Origin: Octopus sinensis
Lineage: Eukaryota
DNA: 64,000 nt
Direction of reading: 5' to 3'
Assembly: GCF_006345805.1 (NCBI RefSeq)
Contig: NC_042999.1
Location: 95,604,001 to 95,668,000 of the forward strand
This document shows, in pieces, positions 1-14,043 of the stretch. The notes under the pieces are model-generated. The model was not told the DNA's origin. It did not search any database and saw only the letters and a list, made by a program, of their open reading frames with translations. How positions within the stretch are numbered: position 1 is the stretch's first letter; each line of letters opens with the position of its first letter. The position numbers and the translations under genes are program-made.

Positions 1-54
1 CTTTAGTTTTGTTATTTTTTAAATGTGAAATCTCACATTTTCATAAGCTTTTCA

Positions 55-2175
55 CAGTATGAGATTAAATCATTCCATGACAGCTCATTTTATGATTTAC
101 ACATTTTACAAATCAATTTTCCCCATTGAAATTAATTAAAATATGATTAATCCGTTCCAGCCTCACAAAACCACCCAGAAATAATTTTTTAGGAGTTTTA
201 AAACAGAAAAGTTGCAGTTACAAGGAAAATGACAATTATAAAAACATAATAAAAGAGAATGTAAAAAGAAATATGTAAACTGGTTTTATTACTTAAATTA
301 CCTTAAAGACGGGACAATTTGTGCACGAGAAAGACGATGGAGTGGGGAGGAGGAGGATTATTGTTTGGAAGGAGAATCTCCTTCCATTAAGACATCAGGA
401 AGAACAATTTCTGATATTTTCTCATTTAATTTAGGCTTTTTGGACATACTTTCTTCACTTTTCACACTTGCAAGTCATTTCAAGAGAAGTCTGATTTTTC
501 CTGCCTTTCAAAATGTTACGAAAATGCACCAAGGCAGTGTCATTAAATAAAGCAGCTGCATAACCTTAAGATACTTTTACAGGATGAGATTTTTCTATAA
601 ATTCTATCTCCTCAACTACAGGTGTATCAGACTCAAACCCCTCAAAGTCCCTTTTGGATATGCAGTTAGGTCACAGTTTCCTCCACGCAGAATTCAGTGT
701 TCTCATGACACCCTGTCAGGCTATAATGATGATTTTGAGGCAGTTAATGTTGTAGTGCTTCTTTCAAAACTAACAACGGGTTAGATTTGTATTTTCGGTG
801 ACTTCAAAGTATCAACAAAACAGGTGTTTGGTGTACAATTTCTTAAAATTAGAAATCACTTGTTGGTCTCTGAACTGCAAGACAGGAGTAGTGTTGTGTG
901 AAAGAAATAACACTTTTATGAATGTAAATTTGTCCAGGATATCATCTTCGAAGTTAGGAGGGTGTGCAGGAGCATTGTTGAGGATGAGGAGAGCCTTGAG
1001 AGGCAGATCGTTCTCCAGAATGTACTTTTTCACTGCTGATCTGAAGATAAGGTTGGTCGACTTGGTGAAGAATTGACTAGTGATCCAGGCTTTAACATTT
1101 GCCCTCCACATGACCTGCAGTTTCTCCTTCAGGATTTTCTGTGACTTGAACATTTGTGGGTTTTCGGCATGGTAGACAAAGAGCTGCTTAATCTTCAAGT
1201 CTTCACTGGTATTGGCACAAAGGGTGAGAGTTCACCTATCTTTCATAGGCTTGTGGCCTGGCATTTTCTTCTCTTCTGCATTATATAGGTTCTTCTGAGC
1301 ATTTTTTCCAGAAAACGCCAGCTTCATCACAGCTGAATACCTGCTGTGTGATGTACCCCTTAGCTGTGATGAGCTGATGGAATTCACACATGAAACCCTC
1401 AGCTGCTTTCAAGTCAGAACTTGATGCTTCTCCATACTTGTGATACTATGAATACCAGTCCACTTCTTGAAATTATCGAAGCAGCCACAGCTAGCCTTAA
1501 ATATGTCTGCTGATGTCTTCTCCATTGATATTCCTGGGTTCGCTTCAGGAGATCCCCATACAGCACTTGTGTTTTCTCACAGATTATGGTCTCCGTAATT
1601 GTATCTCCTGTGAGCTGCTTCTTGTTGATCCACAGGAGAAGCAATTTTTCCATCTCTACATGGACAGATGTACGTTGCCTGAAGAGCCTGGAGAAACCTT
1701 TGCTGTTGTAATGGCCTTGATCTTGTCCTTTCTCTTCAGGGTGGTTGATGTTTTTCAGTCGTATTGATGTGCTATGTCCACTACATGCACTCCTCTCTCA
1801 TGTTTACCAATGATTTCCTTCTTCATTTCCGTCATAATCAGCATTTTCTTCTTCACAGCACTGTCCTTTGCATTAACTTTCTTAGGACACATGGCTAACA
1901 CATGTAATTATTATAAAATAATAGCAAAAAATGCACAAAACTAAGAATAACACTTAGAAAACACAACAGAGATGCTACTACAACAAGATAAACGTAAACT
2001 GAGCAAACTGAGGCTGTACTTGTTGGAAGAGCATGTTCAAGCTAGTGGTCACGTGTATGAAACTTACTTGTACTACAGATTTCCACTCATACTTCACTAC
2101 AAAATTTCGCACAAGTTTTGTCTTGTACGGCAAATTACTTGTACAATGGTACACTTGTACTCTGAGGTTCTACGG
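55..2175 (-). mobile_element. Tigger/pogo-type (TIGD1-like) DNA transposon, near full length, decayed
   Basis: Minus-strand frames give MCPKK..KKEIIGKHERG (ATG at 1892), the CENP-B-type HTH MEKLLLLWINKKQLTGDTITETIICEK (1414-1653) and DDE_1-like WRANVKAWIT..ALLILNNAPAHP..NTTPVLQ..DQQVISNFKKLY (812-1198). Terminus TA|CCGTAGAACCTCAG at 2177-2162. Subterminal GATTAATCCGTTCCAG near 145-160. The other TIR is eroded and the frame has many frameshifts. Confidence 0.9.
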
Positions 2176-2492
2176 TATTAGAAATTCTTGTTATTTTTCT
2201 AAGTTAAAATAATGACTGCAGTGTTTGTCATGATAAGAATTTAAGTTTCAACAAGATAAAAAAAAATAATAATAAAATTGCATTTGCTTTAAGCAAATTA
2301 TATGCTACTTCTATAATTTTTGTTCTCTTACTTTCTCTATCAGTTTTTGGTGAATATATTTATCTCCACCCTTTTTTCTGATTCTCATTTACTCATGCCT
2401 TTACTTATCTCTCTTAACTTTCCTCTTTCTTTCTCTGTGAAGCTCTCTCAGCAATTTAACTTCTCCCTCTCACTCTCTGTCATGCCCTTTCA

Positions 2493-2517
2493 ATATATAC
2501 ATACATACATACATATA

Positions 2518-2548
<31 letters not shown>
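2493..2548. repeat. (TA)n/(TACA)n microsatellite
   Basis: Direct inspection. Confidence 0.9.
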
Positions 2549-2551
<3 letters not shown>

Positions 2552-2869
2552 CTTCTTTTGGCTACTTTCATCTCTTCTTATAATTTATTTATTTATCTGA
2601 GCAATTTCCATGGTGCATCTGAAATATGTTTTGAATTTTAGTTATGACAGTTTTAATATTTTCTGGCTCTTTAATTATTTTACATATTAGCTATATTTGA
2701 CAGGATTTTACTTAGTTATATTTTTATGCTGGACTGAAGTATTTATGTTCTTGAAAATGATTGACCTTGTATATCTAAATTTTTGTAATGTTTTAAAGTA
2801 ATTAATACTGCACAGGTCACTTTTTTTAGCCTAACTATGTTTCCCAAGTAAAAAACCTTAAAATCCATT

Positions 2870-3405
2870 ATTCTTACACATGCTTCATACAGCCTGGTTT
2901 TGGTATGAAGAGAAAAGCCCTAGGTTGGCAACAGAGGTAATAGCTCCATAAACTTTTACTTTTTTTCTTATTCAAGCAACTATATTATTACTACATGCAG
3001 CACAAATTAGACACACTAAACATAGTAGCTACCTACTATGTGTAGTGAGTCTCTTAGCTGTAGAGGTACTTCACTTTATGGGTACTCTTACAGCTATCTA
3101 CTCTTGGGCATTTCTGGCATCTGAAGTTCTTGGGTCATGAACAGCCTGGCAGAAATTCCACTGTATCTGTTGTGCACCTAATCACTGCATTGAAGACACA
3201 TTATTGAGTTCTTCCAACTTCCTATCTACAAATTGAGCAAGGTAACTTCTCATATATCACTGGATGTTGTGTTCTCAGTAACTAATCTGTGTTTGTTATG
3301 TTGACCTTCAGTTCTTTGACCATTAAACTATTTTTCTGGATTTTGGAATATTTGCTGTGGCCCTTTCCCAGATTCAGCAATGAGAAACAGGTTATCAGCA
3401 TAATA
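2870..3405 (-). mobile_element. Old RTE LINE fragment (RT C-terminal half)
   Basis: Reverse complement reads YADNLFLIAES, KELKVNIT, PCSICR, CSD*VHNRYSGISARL, ELLPLL and RLYEACVR, in the order expected for RTE ORF2 after YADD. Frameshifted. Confidence 0.7.
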
Positions 3406-3947
3406 AAAGTTAATCATTGTATAAGATATCATTTATGTAACTGCATTAATTAAAATTTAAAGTCTAACATTATATGAATGTGAACTAAATGAAACTTAAC
3501 TAGTATGCTACAATTTGCTTTGGGAGGTACATATATAATTATGAGTATATAATACACACTGTTTATTTGAGGTTTTTGGTAAAATATGATTGCCATAATT
3601 TAAGATGACTGAAGGACTAATATAACATTATTTGGTTGTGAAACAAGGTGTAGATTTCCTTTTACTATTTGAAACTTACCTCCAACCTGAATCTGATAAT
3701 TAATATTTTTGTATGCAAAAATATGCTCCATATTAGAAAAGAACCTAGTAACAGCTTGAACATTGATATAGAGACACAGATACTGTTCAGAACAATTATC
3801 TTGATTCATCATCATTAAATATGACCTTGTATGAATCAGTGAGAAAACCTCTATATGGTTATGTAAACTAAGAGAAATCACAATAAAATTTTCTTCAAAT
3901 TACATTATACCATATTGATCAGGAAAGCACACTGTGGATTATGTACA

Positions 3948-4062
3948 AGATGGTCATTTGGCAAATTGCTAGAGAGTTGGGCAAATCCCTTCCATTAGAT
4001 GTTTCAATGCTTTCCATTCAAATCCTGCTGAGGTCATTTTTGCCTTTCATCCAACCAAGTAC
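3948..4062 (+). mobile_element. Degenerate SINE fragment (same family as 29212-29446)
   Basis: TTCAAATCCTGCTGAGGTCATTTTTGCCTTTCATCC resembles GTTCAAATTCCGCCAAGGTCGACTTTGCCTTTCATCC in the intact copy. Confidence 0.55.
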
Positions 4063-4608
4063 TTAGATAGATGTCCTTCAACCTTTTGTCTCAGAATTGA
4101 TAGTGAGAAGAACTTAGAAGGTTGCTTAAAATATGCTGCTTCTTTACAACAACTATTTCTTCTCTACTGCAGTGGAAGTATGTAGTTACTGAGCTTCAGA
4201 CAGTATGTGATACATAATGAGTATAAGTTTAAGATATGCAATGTCTGAGAAAATAACAGATTGGTTATTTGATCATTAAGCTTCCTCAGTCAGGAAAGAT
4301 TTGGAGCTACAATAACAATAATATATGACCTTATTTTGTAGAATTATAATCAATTCTCTGTTAATATTATTAAATTTAATGTAGTAAGTTTATAATCTTA
4401 TTTTGAGAAGTCACTATTTATTGTCCAAAACAATCTTAGAATTCTGTTGTGTAAAGATATTCAAACATAAACCAAACAAATTACAACTTCATTTATTAAC
4501 AAAAACTTCAATATCCCTACATATCTTGCATTTATTTTCTTTCCTCCACCTCACTCTCTATTTTGTATCACATCTAAACTAACTATGACTTAGCCATCCT
4601 CTCACACT

Positions 4609-4659
4609 GTCTCGATGAAGGGATATAATTAATAAATATCCTGGAAACAGTTGTAAGAC
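4609..4659 (+). ncRNA. Degenerate type I hammerhead ribozyme motif (probable Penelope-like element terminus)
   Basis: GTCT-CGATGA-AG GGATAT[loop]ATATCC TG-GAAAC AGTT GTA-AGAC. Stem I is GTCT/AGAC, stem II is GGATAT/ATATCC, stem III is near-palindromic ACAGTTGT, with a GUA site. The core lacks one U of CUGAUGA. Confidence 0.6.
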
Positions 4660-7543
4660 CATCTATCTATAAATGTTCTAATATCAACACAGCCTTGGTT
4701 TTTTATCTCATTACACAAAAAACTCTTAAAAATATACATATTTTGAAAGATTTTCGACTAATGGTCAAGAAATGAGACAATTTTAAATGTATTACTTCAG
4801 ATAGACTTCTAGGAGTAAAGTTTTAGTTTCCTACTCTGAAGTTAAACTTTCTAGACATATATGCATACTTACACTATCTTAAACACAGCAAAAATAAAAT
4901 GCATATTTCCTAAGTATTCAATCAACAGAAAAAGACAAATATTTTCCTATAATTTATTTTTCTTTCGTATAACAATAAATAACAGACAATCTACAGTTTA
5001 GCATCCTTCTTTGGGGAGGCAATTAAGTAATGGCTGTTATACATTACTGTGCAAGATATGACAAGGAAGTGAAACATAAACCAAGAAAGTATAAATACAC
5101 AATAAATACTTATCCAATTTTAGGTGGAAAAGTATTTGATAAATTAATTCAACAAGATATTGGATAAATATCTGGGAAATATCTCATTGCAAGTTGTGCA
5201 ACAAAGATTATTTTATATTAATGTACTCCAAATCAAAAACATGAATGTCAACATATTGAATGATCTTGTAGAGTGTTTACTTTATTGTCCATTCTGTGGT
5301 AAAATATATGTTGATTAATATGTTCTTCATTCATAGCACATGAAAAAAATACTCAGTTAAACTTTCTTAAAAATGATTTCATGAAATTAAACAAGAGTTA
5401 TCAATTTATTTTGTTTATTTTAAATTTGTAAGTATTAAAATATTTCAAGAGTGTTTTCATGGAAAAGTCTTAGTGCTTTGATAATTTCTTTTCGTAACTT
5501 TTTCTGTTCTTTTACAATTTGAAAAATGAAGGTTTTTCTGTATTTATGTTCACTGTCTTTTCCTTTCTTTTCATTTTGATTACATTATATTTGATCATAT
5601 ATTTTTTATTCAGATGGAGATGTTTACTTCAAAATATTGCTATTTTTAACTGTTAAATTTCTACAAATACATATATTTTAGATTTATGATTATCTCCTGG
5701 ATAGACTTTTATATTTGTTCAGCAATTCTTTATGCTAGCCTTTAATGACATAGTCAGCTTCTGGTTGGTTAAGGTTAATATTTAGAAGTTGTTTGAATTA
5801 TAGTTACCATTATTTATCTAAAACAATCTTCATAGATTGCACCAATAATTTTTAGAATACTGAATTGATACAGGCTAATTTTTAATATTTCAGTTTATTG
5901 AAAGAAGATTACCAAATTTTTCGACTTCTAGTCAAGTATATTTGAACTCACATTTTTTTTGTCATTCATTTTTTAACTGATCAGAATTCAGTCTTTCATT
6001 AAAACTACATAAATTTTGATTCATTGATTAAATTATTTAATTATTTACTAATTTATGGAATTTTCTAAACTGCAATTATGTACTTAAGCTTTCGTGTTAA
6101 TATGAAGTAATAAATCCTTGAGCTTGTGATTTTTTTATTCTAAACATTTCCTCTATTCAGTCATGAATGTTATCAAAAGCTGGTATTATTCAATACTGGG
6201 CCTAAAATTTGAAGTTGAGATAATTTATTTTATAATATACTTATTCAAGTTGTTTTGTTCCCCTTTAATTAAAATCTCTTTTTTTATCAATATTGTTGAA
6301 GTTTTGAATTTTCATCTTTTATCTCTTATAGCTTTTTAAGTAATAAGTAAAAATTGCATTCTGTAAAGAATTGTTTTATCAGTCTCGATATAAAAAAGAA
6401 AACTATTAATAACTGTTCATTAAAACTTCAACTCATCATTTAGCTATTGTTCATTTGTCCTTTCATTGTGTTGTCCTCACTTTTTATCATTTCATTCTTT
6501 TTGTTTATGGTTGTCTAAAAGCCAGTTTTCTTTTTCATGCCACTGTAATTATTTTGGTTTGGATCTATGCCATAACTTTTCCGCAGCCATTCATCTATGT
6601 AATATTGCCATAGCAAAACGGATATATAAGTCACTCGGGAAAAGAAAACATATTCTAATGTGATTATTGTCATTTCTATTACTTAAGTAAAACAATTGTT
6701 CCATTGGAATAATTTTTAAAATTCTTTTATTCTTTTATTGTTACTTATATGATATATTCAATAGTGCTATAGCAAGGTCATATAATACAAATGCCACACA
6801 CACTTTTACTTACTGAGTCAATCTCAAAATGGCATTTTCCCATTGTAATTTAAAGATTTACACCAATTTCTCCAGCAAATTCATAGTGAATTACTACTCT
6901 GAGGGAGAAAAATATACTATTTTATGTAAAATGTCCTATTTTCTTCTAAGGATCTTCATAACATGTGATGACTTCTGATCATACTCTGAATCAAAACTTA
7001 AATTTTACAGTAAAATGGACGAGAACTTTGTAAAGGCTGTCCAAGTTACATTGAAAATGTCTCAATAAATTCTGTAGGATCTAAAGTATCATGATATCAA
7101 AACAAAATCTTTTAGCAACACTTGATAAATACTCATAGTATCTTTTTGTTTTTCATTGAGCAGATAACACCTTTCATATCCTTGTCTGATGCATCAAAGA
7201 ACTATTTTCTCTATTTGGAACACCTGGTGCTATCTGTAGTGACAGTATAGCTCAATTCCTATCAGTGGAAATCTTACATAACAAGAAATCATGCAAAAGA
7301 GAACCATTTTCAAAAATCCTAGAAGTAATGGGTAATGCAAGAACACCATCAGACAACGTGAAAGTCAGTGCAGTTAGCTTTAGAATTGCAGAATCTTCCA
7401 GAGTATCTTTTGGAAAATCTTTTTTTCAGAGTATTTCATTCAATTCATTCTTTGCTATGAATGTTATGCTCCAGATGGTGTGTCTTCTTGGATAATTTCA
7501 CTTAACTCTGACCTTATAAAAAAAATCATATACATATATGTAT

Positions 7544-7707
7544 AGGTGCAGGAGTGGCTGTGTGGTAAGTAGCTTGCTAACCAACCACATGGTTGCGGGT
7601 TCCGTCCCACTGCGTGGCATCTTGGGCAAGTGTCTTCTGCTATAGGCCCGGGCCGACCAATGCCTTGTGAGTGGATTTGGTAGACGGAAACTGAAAGAAG
7701 CCTGTCG

Positions 7708-7738
<31 letters not shown>

Positions 7739-7946
7739 TTGTGTGTCTGTGTTTGTCCCCCTAGCATTGCTTGACAACCGATGCTGGTATGTTTACGTCT
7801 CCGTCACTTAGCGGTTCGGCAAAAGAGACCGATAGAATAAGTACTGGGCTTACAAAGAATAAGTCTCGGGGTCGATTTGATCGACTAAAGGCAGTGCTCC
7901 AGCATGGCCGCAGTCAAATGACTGAAACAAGTAAAAGAGTAAAGAG
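7544..7946 (+). mobile_element. tRNA-derived SINE, full length, internal (TA)n(TG)n
   Basis: A box-like TGGCTGTGTGGT, B box-like GGGTTCCGTCCC, then TTGGGCAAGTGTCTTC, a central microsatellite, and a 3' module ending GACTGAAACAAGTAAAAGAG. Near-identical copies at 18361 and 43166. Confidence 0.9.
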
Positions 7947-10900
7947 GATATGCAAAAATGATCTGTTAATAGAAGAAACTGGGATGTAATTATGTGTTTT
8001 TTTTTTCTGAAAAGTAATGGAGTAATAGACACTATTTAACTTTGTGATTTGCCATTATGTCTGATATCTCAAGATCAAATAGTTAAGCTTACAGAATCAG
8101 ACTTATAATTGCTAATTCAATTCTAGATTTCAGTAACACTCCCAATCCTCTCTTTTCCCACAACAATGCTATTTTTCAAATGGAAGAATTTCTTAGAAGC
8201 AGCAAAAGTAAAATTATTTCTACTGGGTTCAGTTTTCACTATGGCTTATTAATGATGATTAACTTCATCATTTACAGGGAACTACTTTTACCATAAAAAC
8301 TAATTTCGGACTTGAGTTACACTTTTATTGCTAACTTTTGCTAATTTTTCAATTTCATAGTTCATTGCTTTTCTTTAAATAGTTAATGCAGTTTTTAATA
8401 ATTAGTGTATCATATGATGGGTAAGTTCTCTCGGTACTTAAACCAGAGGTTGAACTCTGGTATCAGTCATTAAAAAATCACTTTGATATGTGGATCTCTG
8501 TGTTTTTTGTGACAGTGGTATTAAACAACTTTTCTGCTATTTGAGTCAAGTGTTACAAACTATGATTATTTCATTTATTATATAGCATCACAGAAACAAA
8601 GATCATATTAGAAATATATACAGAAAACCATTAGTTGTGTTCTGTCCAACCTGGAGCGTATTCTTTATGTTTCAATGCTATTCTTTTATACATTATTGTT
8701 GATACTCAAGATTGAGCTTCTATCCTTAAGAAAAGAAGCAGCCAATTCAAGACAATATTTTACTTCAGTGATGTCTGGATTCTAAATAAATGAATTAAAA
8801 AAAAAAGAAAATAATGGAGACTTATTCCTGCATTTCATAAAGTTTAGTTTTTTTCTTTTTCTTTTTCATTTTTCTTTATCTACATTATTCACTCTCATAT
8901 TGTTTGGGTAAAATTATAATGTATGTACCTAATTACTGTAAATAGTAGTAAAGGAAACCTTTTCTGTTTTATTCATCCTACCAAAAAAAGAAAAAGAAAA
9001 TCTGATTGATTTCTCAATATATAATGTTTTGTTGATAACAATAAAAATTTTAGGTAAAGAATTCCCAGTATTCTCACATTTGCACTACTTTATTCTGCAA
9101 CTTATAAAGGTTTATGTTTTCTTATGGGTTTTTTTTTTTTTTTTTTTTTTGCTTTTGTCTGTCTTATCATCCATCAATAACATTCATTCTAACTCTTGCT
9201 GTTCCACTTTCGTCTTTTCTAATAAAAACTGGAAAATATATCTTTATTGCACCACTTTTATCAATACTATAATTCATGGATATCAAAAGAAATATTCTCA
9301 TAGACTCATACTTTACATATACACATGGAGCCTTAATTGTAGAAAGTATTTGATAAAAGTATGGATGTAGAGACTATTATAAAATTTTGATTTTTATAAG
9401 TATATACATAGCCAAATATATAATTTAATAAAAACTTTCAATTCAATCCTTGCTCATAAATGTAATGTGTACATGTATGAGTATGCAGAGATTATTGTAT
9501 AGTATATGTGTTTTGAAAGTGATGTTACTGACCAGACATTTTGTAAATTATACATTTTTATACAACTAATTAATCGATTAAAGATATAAACAAAACATTG
9601 AGAACAGAGAAAAGGAATTTGAATTATTTATATTAGATCATCTTTGAGTTATTACTTTCCATATAAATTCCATATATATTAAGATAAATCAAAATATACA
9701 ATTTCAGCTTCAGAAATCTGATTGGTTTAGTATTTCATACTGTTAGTTTCTCTTATACTCAAACTCTTTTATTCTCAACAGAATATACTTGAGCATTTTA
9801 ATGAATTAATTTGTTGCTTATTCATGTGCTGAGATCATAATTTTATTCAGAATATTACTTCCTTATCACTACAAAATGTTGTTTTGTTTATTTAAGTATG
9901 ATTGGTTTCAAGGTATATTCTGATTCTTATAAGGCTGTTGAGTATTTCATAATAAAATTTGCTACTGTTCATTTTACTTTATGCTCACCTGGAAAATTGC
10001 TTTCATTTAGGATTCATTTATTGAAGATATGCTGGTTGAATTTGTGAGGGTTGTTTAAACTTAATACTTTAATAATTCAATCCAGATTACTTGTTGTGTT
10101 AGAAATAGGTGTGTGTGAGAGAGAGAGAGAGAGTTCTGTATAAATACATTCTAAAGTGTAAGGTATAGTGTTTACAAAATTTCATGCATTTTTTTTTTTT
10201 AGAAATGGCTGAAATAATAGCAAGATGACACAATTCACTGTGGGGCCTGTGTATAGAGAGAATTGGTGAATGAAGGCTTGTCGATCAAACAAACTGATTT
10301 TTGCTTTAGTATTCACTTATTAGGCTTTAATCATTTTATACTACTGTGATATGTTGTGATTCTTTAATTATTTTCCTGAGATTTGATGATTGTTGTAAGA
10401 TTGGAAAATATTATTTGGCTGAATGCAAGTTGTTTCTAGGATTATTGTTGACTGCAAGAATGGACTAAGGACTTTAAGAATTAAATAATAAATTTTAAGT
10501 TGAAATTTTCAATTTCAGTTTCATTAATAGATCTTGTTTAGATAATATTTAGATAATAGAATTCCTATTAGAAATGTGAGATTTTGAAGAACTGTGGTTG
10601 ATCGCATATAAAAATTGTAAAAATATAACTATTATATAAATTAGCATGAATTTTGATGATGCAATATAACAATTGCTGATGTCTTCTGTAACTGTAATTT
10701 TTGCCAGATGTTTTGGCTTTTTTTTTTACCTGTAGTCATGTCACTTTTACCTACTAAGGTATGTTGAGTGCAGTTAAGTTGATTACACATATGTGTTTCA
10801 ACATATATTTACATGATATTGATTCTGGGGCATCAGTTTCCTGTCTCAGTGCTGAATTTGTGCACCACTTAGTCTCCGTAACTTGGAAACTGCATAACAC

Positions 10901-13802
10901 CCATTAGAAAAAGAATTCTAAGTCATGTTACATCACCTCCATTCAAAAGTTTTGTAGCTTTTGTTTCTTTATTGTTAAAAATTATTGTTATTTTTTTGTT
11001 ATTACAATAATCATACTCTTTCATTAACCCAGCAGTATGAAGTGATCTTATATTTAAAATATATCAGAAAATTGTTTCTTTTTTATATCTTTATATTTTT
11101 TTAATCTTTTTTATATGCCAACAAAAGCATTAATGCAATATCAAATATGTAATAACTCCACTCAAGCTCAGAATCAATAAATCACAATATCACTTAGTTG
11201 GTGTTTACAATCTTTAATAGATAAATTAGAGTAAAGAACTCATTAATAAATGATACCATGGAATTTTAGCTCACCTCTTGAGGTATTAACTTCTATTAAG
11301 TTTGAAAATCAATGGAAGAAAATATCTAGGGAAATCCACTCCAAATGCAAAAGTAAACCCAAACAGTGCAAAAAGGAACTCTTTTGATAGGAATCTCTTT
11401 CTAAAATGTGGTTAAACTTTGTTTCTCATGCAGAAGAGTGTTTAGCTTCAGTTTTTGTCTCCAAACAACAACACTCAAACTGCAGTTTTGTGTAGTGTTG
11501 CAGATATTTGTTGTATAAGACTTTAACAGTTAAAATATAACTGTTTGATCTAATTATGTCATGTAGGTAGTGTAAGCTACCTATCATTTGCATACCATAA
11601 AGCAATCGAAAGGCTACATCTTGCTATTTCTATTTATCTGATGTATCTATTAGTCTAATGGCCAGTTAATCTGCTGAGACTTGCAGTTGAACAAATATTG
11701 CATACTTCTTGTGGGCTTTGAGTATGCAGTATTGAACTCAAATGAATCAACTTCTTTATTTTGAGCTAGGCCACTTATGAAATGTTTTATTTTTGTTGTC
11801 TGTTAATTAGTTCTTTGACATGATGAACTTTTATTTTACCTCCTGATACTTTCCTGTAGGTTCTGCAATATAAATTTGGTCATCACAACATAATTTTTTG
11901 CAAGGACATCCAATTCTGAGCTCTTGATTATAGTCAAAAGATGACTACAGGGGTATACTCTTTTTATATATTTTGTATTCTTCACATTATTCGTTAGCTA
12001 ATCTTAACTGTGTGCATAAAAATTGATTTGAATCACTGATACAAAATTACTCCCACTTGTGAGACTTATTTTTCATCCTTCTGTTTAGTTCTAAAAATTG
12101 GTTGCAGTGTGTATTATATGGTATATGAGGTTGGGCAGATAGGCTAATGAGAAGAAGAAAGGCAAGTCTGTGAGTAAGCTTAGATGGAAGCAGTTCTCAG
12201 AATGTTTAAAGGAAAGTTGGGTAGAAAAATATACTATGAAATAAAGTAGTTGGATGCTATGTTAGTGAAGAGGGAAAATTTTGAACTTATCCATATAAAT
12301 ATGAAAAAAGGAGATATAATACCTATGATAAAATTATCTTCAATAAAACATTAAACCATTATTGCAAATATTGCCAAGCTTTTACTTTGTTTATAGAAAA
12401 TAAAAATATTATTTGCTGTATTTTTCATTTGATTGACAAATGGTCAGAATATATTATCACTCAAAGTTGGGTAAAAAAATAATTATTGCCTGCTGTATTG
12501 ATCTGAGATGGAGGTTTTGAAGATATATTGATATTATGTAAAGTATCAAATATTTACAGGTATTGGGATTAATACATGGATTATTTAGTTCTTTTGTTGT
12601 TGTCAGATATCTTTCCATTGCTTATTTTTTTTATTATTCATCATATAAATTTATAATAATCATGTAATTTTCGTGATGTGGTAAAGAAACAAATTGCAGT
12701 TCATAAAGTAGACAAAAACAAAAATAGGAATAAACTATATTGCTGTTTAAGACCAATCTGTTAGTTTTACTTCTATTTTAACTGCAAACCCTAATTCTAA
12801 AGCTTCTTTATCAAAAGGAAATGTTTTACAAAGTAATACTTAAATGATTCAAGTTATGTCTATAGATACATTGCTTCAGAAAACCGACTACTATGCATAT
12901 CCCAGTTTTTGAATTGGTACACCATATCTTGCTGTTATAAGACTACATGAAGTAGCATCTTCTCAATGTTTGTATATGTAACACATTGACTTATTATTTA
13001 TCAATTACTCTATCAGTTGCAAGGTATTGATTTAAAGTCCATACAAAATTTGTAATGCACACATTGATTATTTAAATACTCTCTAGTTTTACTACATATA
13101 CTGTAGCTAGCCATTTTTACACCAGAAATCATTAAAATCCATCAAATTTTCCTCACTTTGTAATACCTCATTAAAATCAAACAAAACAATTTAATCAAAA
13201 TAATTTGCTGAAGTCTTTTAAACTGAGAATCAGGAACTGTATGCTATTTGTCTTGTATTCAAGTTCTTTTCTGTTATAGACATTTAAAAGAAGGTTTTGG
13301 AAAAAAGTCCACAATGTATTTACTGTAAACAGATGTAGATATATAATAATCTTTTAAATAGTATGTCTTAATTTATTAAACCAGTATATCATCTGCATTG
13401 AAGTTGCAAGTCATGTCTGTTGCTTATTTAAATAAAACATCTGCCCACTTTTTTTTTTCAATATTTATATATATCAGATATTAAAACTGTGCTTCTACAT
13501 AAAATACTATAATCCAATTGAGTTACAACGTTTAGTAAGAAAGTCATACTTGAAATCAGTTTACTTTTTGATATCAGAAGATAATCAGATAATCAATTGA
13601 AAATAAATAGATGAAAAATGCTTTTCTGCTTTACTTGACTGCCTTTAAATATTTATCATCCATACTGCAATCAACATTGTTGTTGTCCACAGTATAACTC
13701 TTATTTAAATTTGTTTATATGATTAAAATAATGCCTTTGCCTAGCATTATTTTACTTTCAGTTAGATTATAAATCTTGAGACTTCTCACACTTTTATGAC
13801 AA

Positions 13803-13960
13803 TCATCATCATCATCATCGTTTAATGTCTGCCTTTAATGCTGGCATGGGTGGGATGATTTGACAGGAGCCTGCCAGGTAGAAGCCTGCACAGGACTTCT
13901 GTGACTGTTTTGGCTGGATTTTTACAGTTGGATGCCCTTCCTAACACCAACCGCCCTACA
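13803..13960 (-). mobile_element. RTE LINE 3' end fragment with (GAT)n tail
   Basis: (CAT)n-CGTTTAATGTC..GGATGCCCTTCCTAACACCAACC. The same module follows RTE ORF2 coding sequence at 51450-52113. Confidence 0.8.
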
Positions 13961-14043
13961 TATTTTAATACTGCAATCTCATTTGTTTATAGAAAAATGG
14001 TAAGGTGTCTGGGAGAATTAAAAACATCCATCTAGAATGAAAT

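Noticed and set aside
7544-7620. tRNA gene
   Set aside because: The A/B boxes belong to a multi-copy SINE head, and no full cloverleaf is evident.
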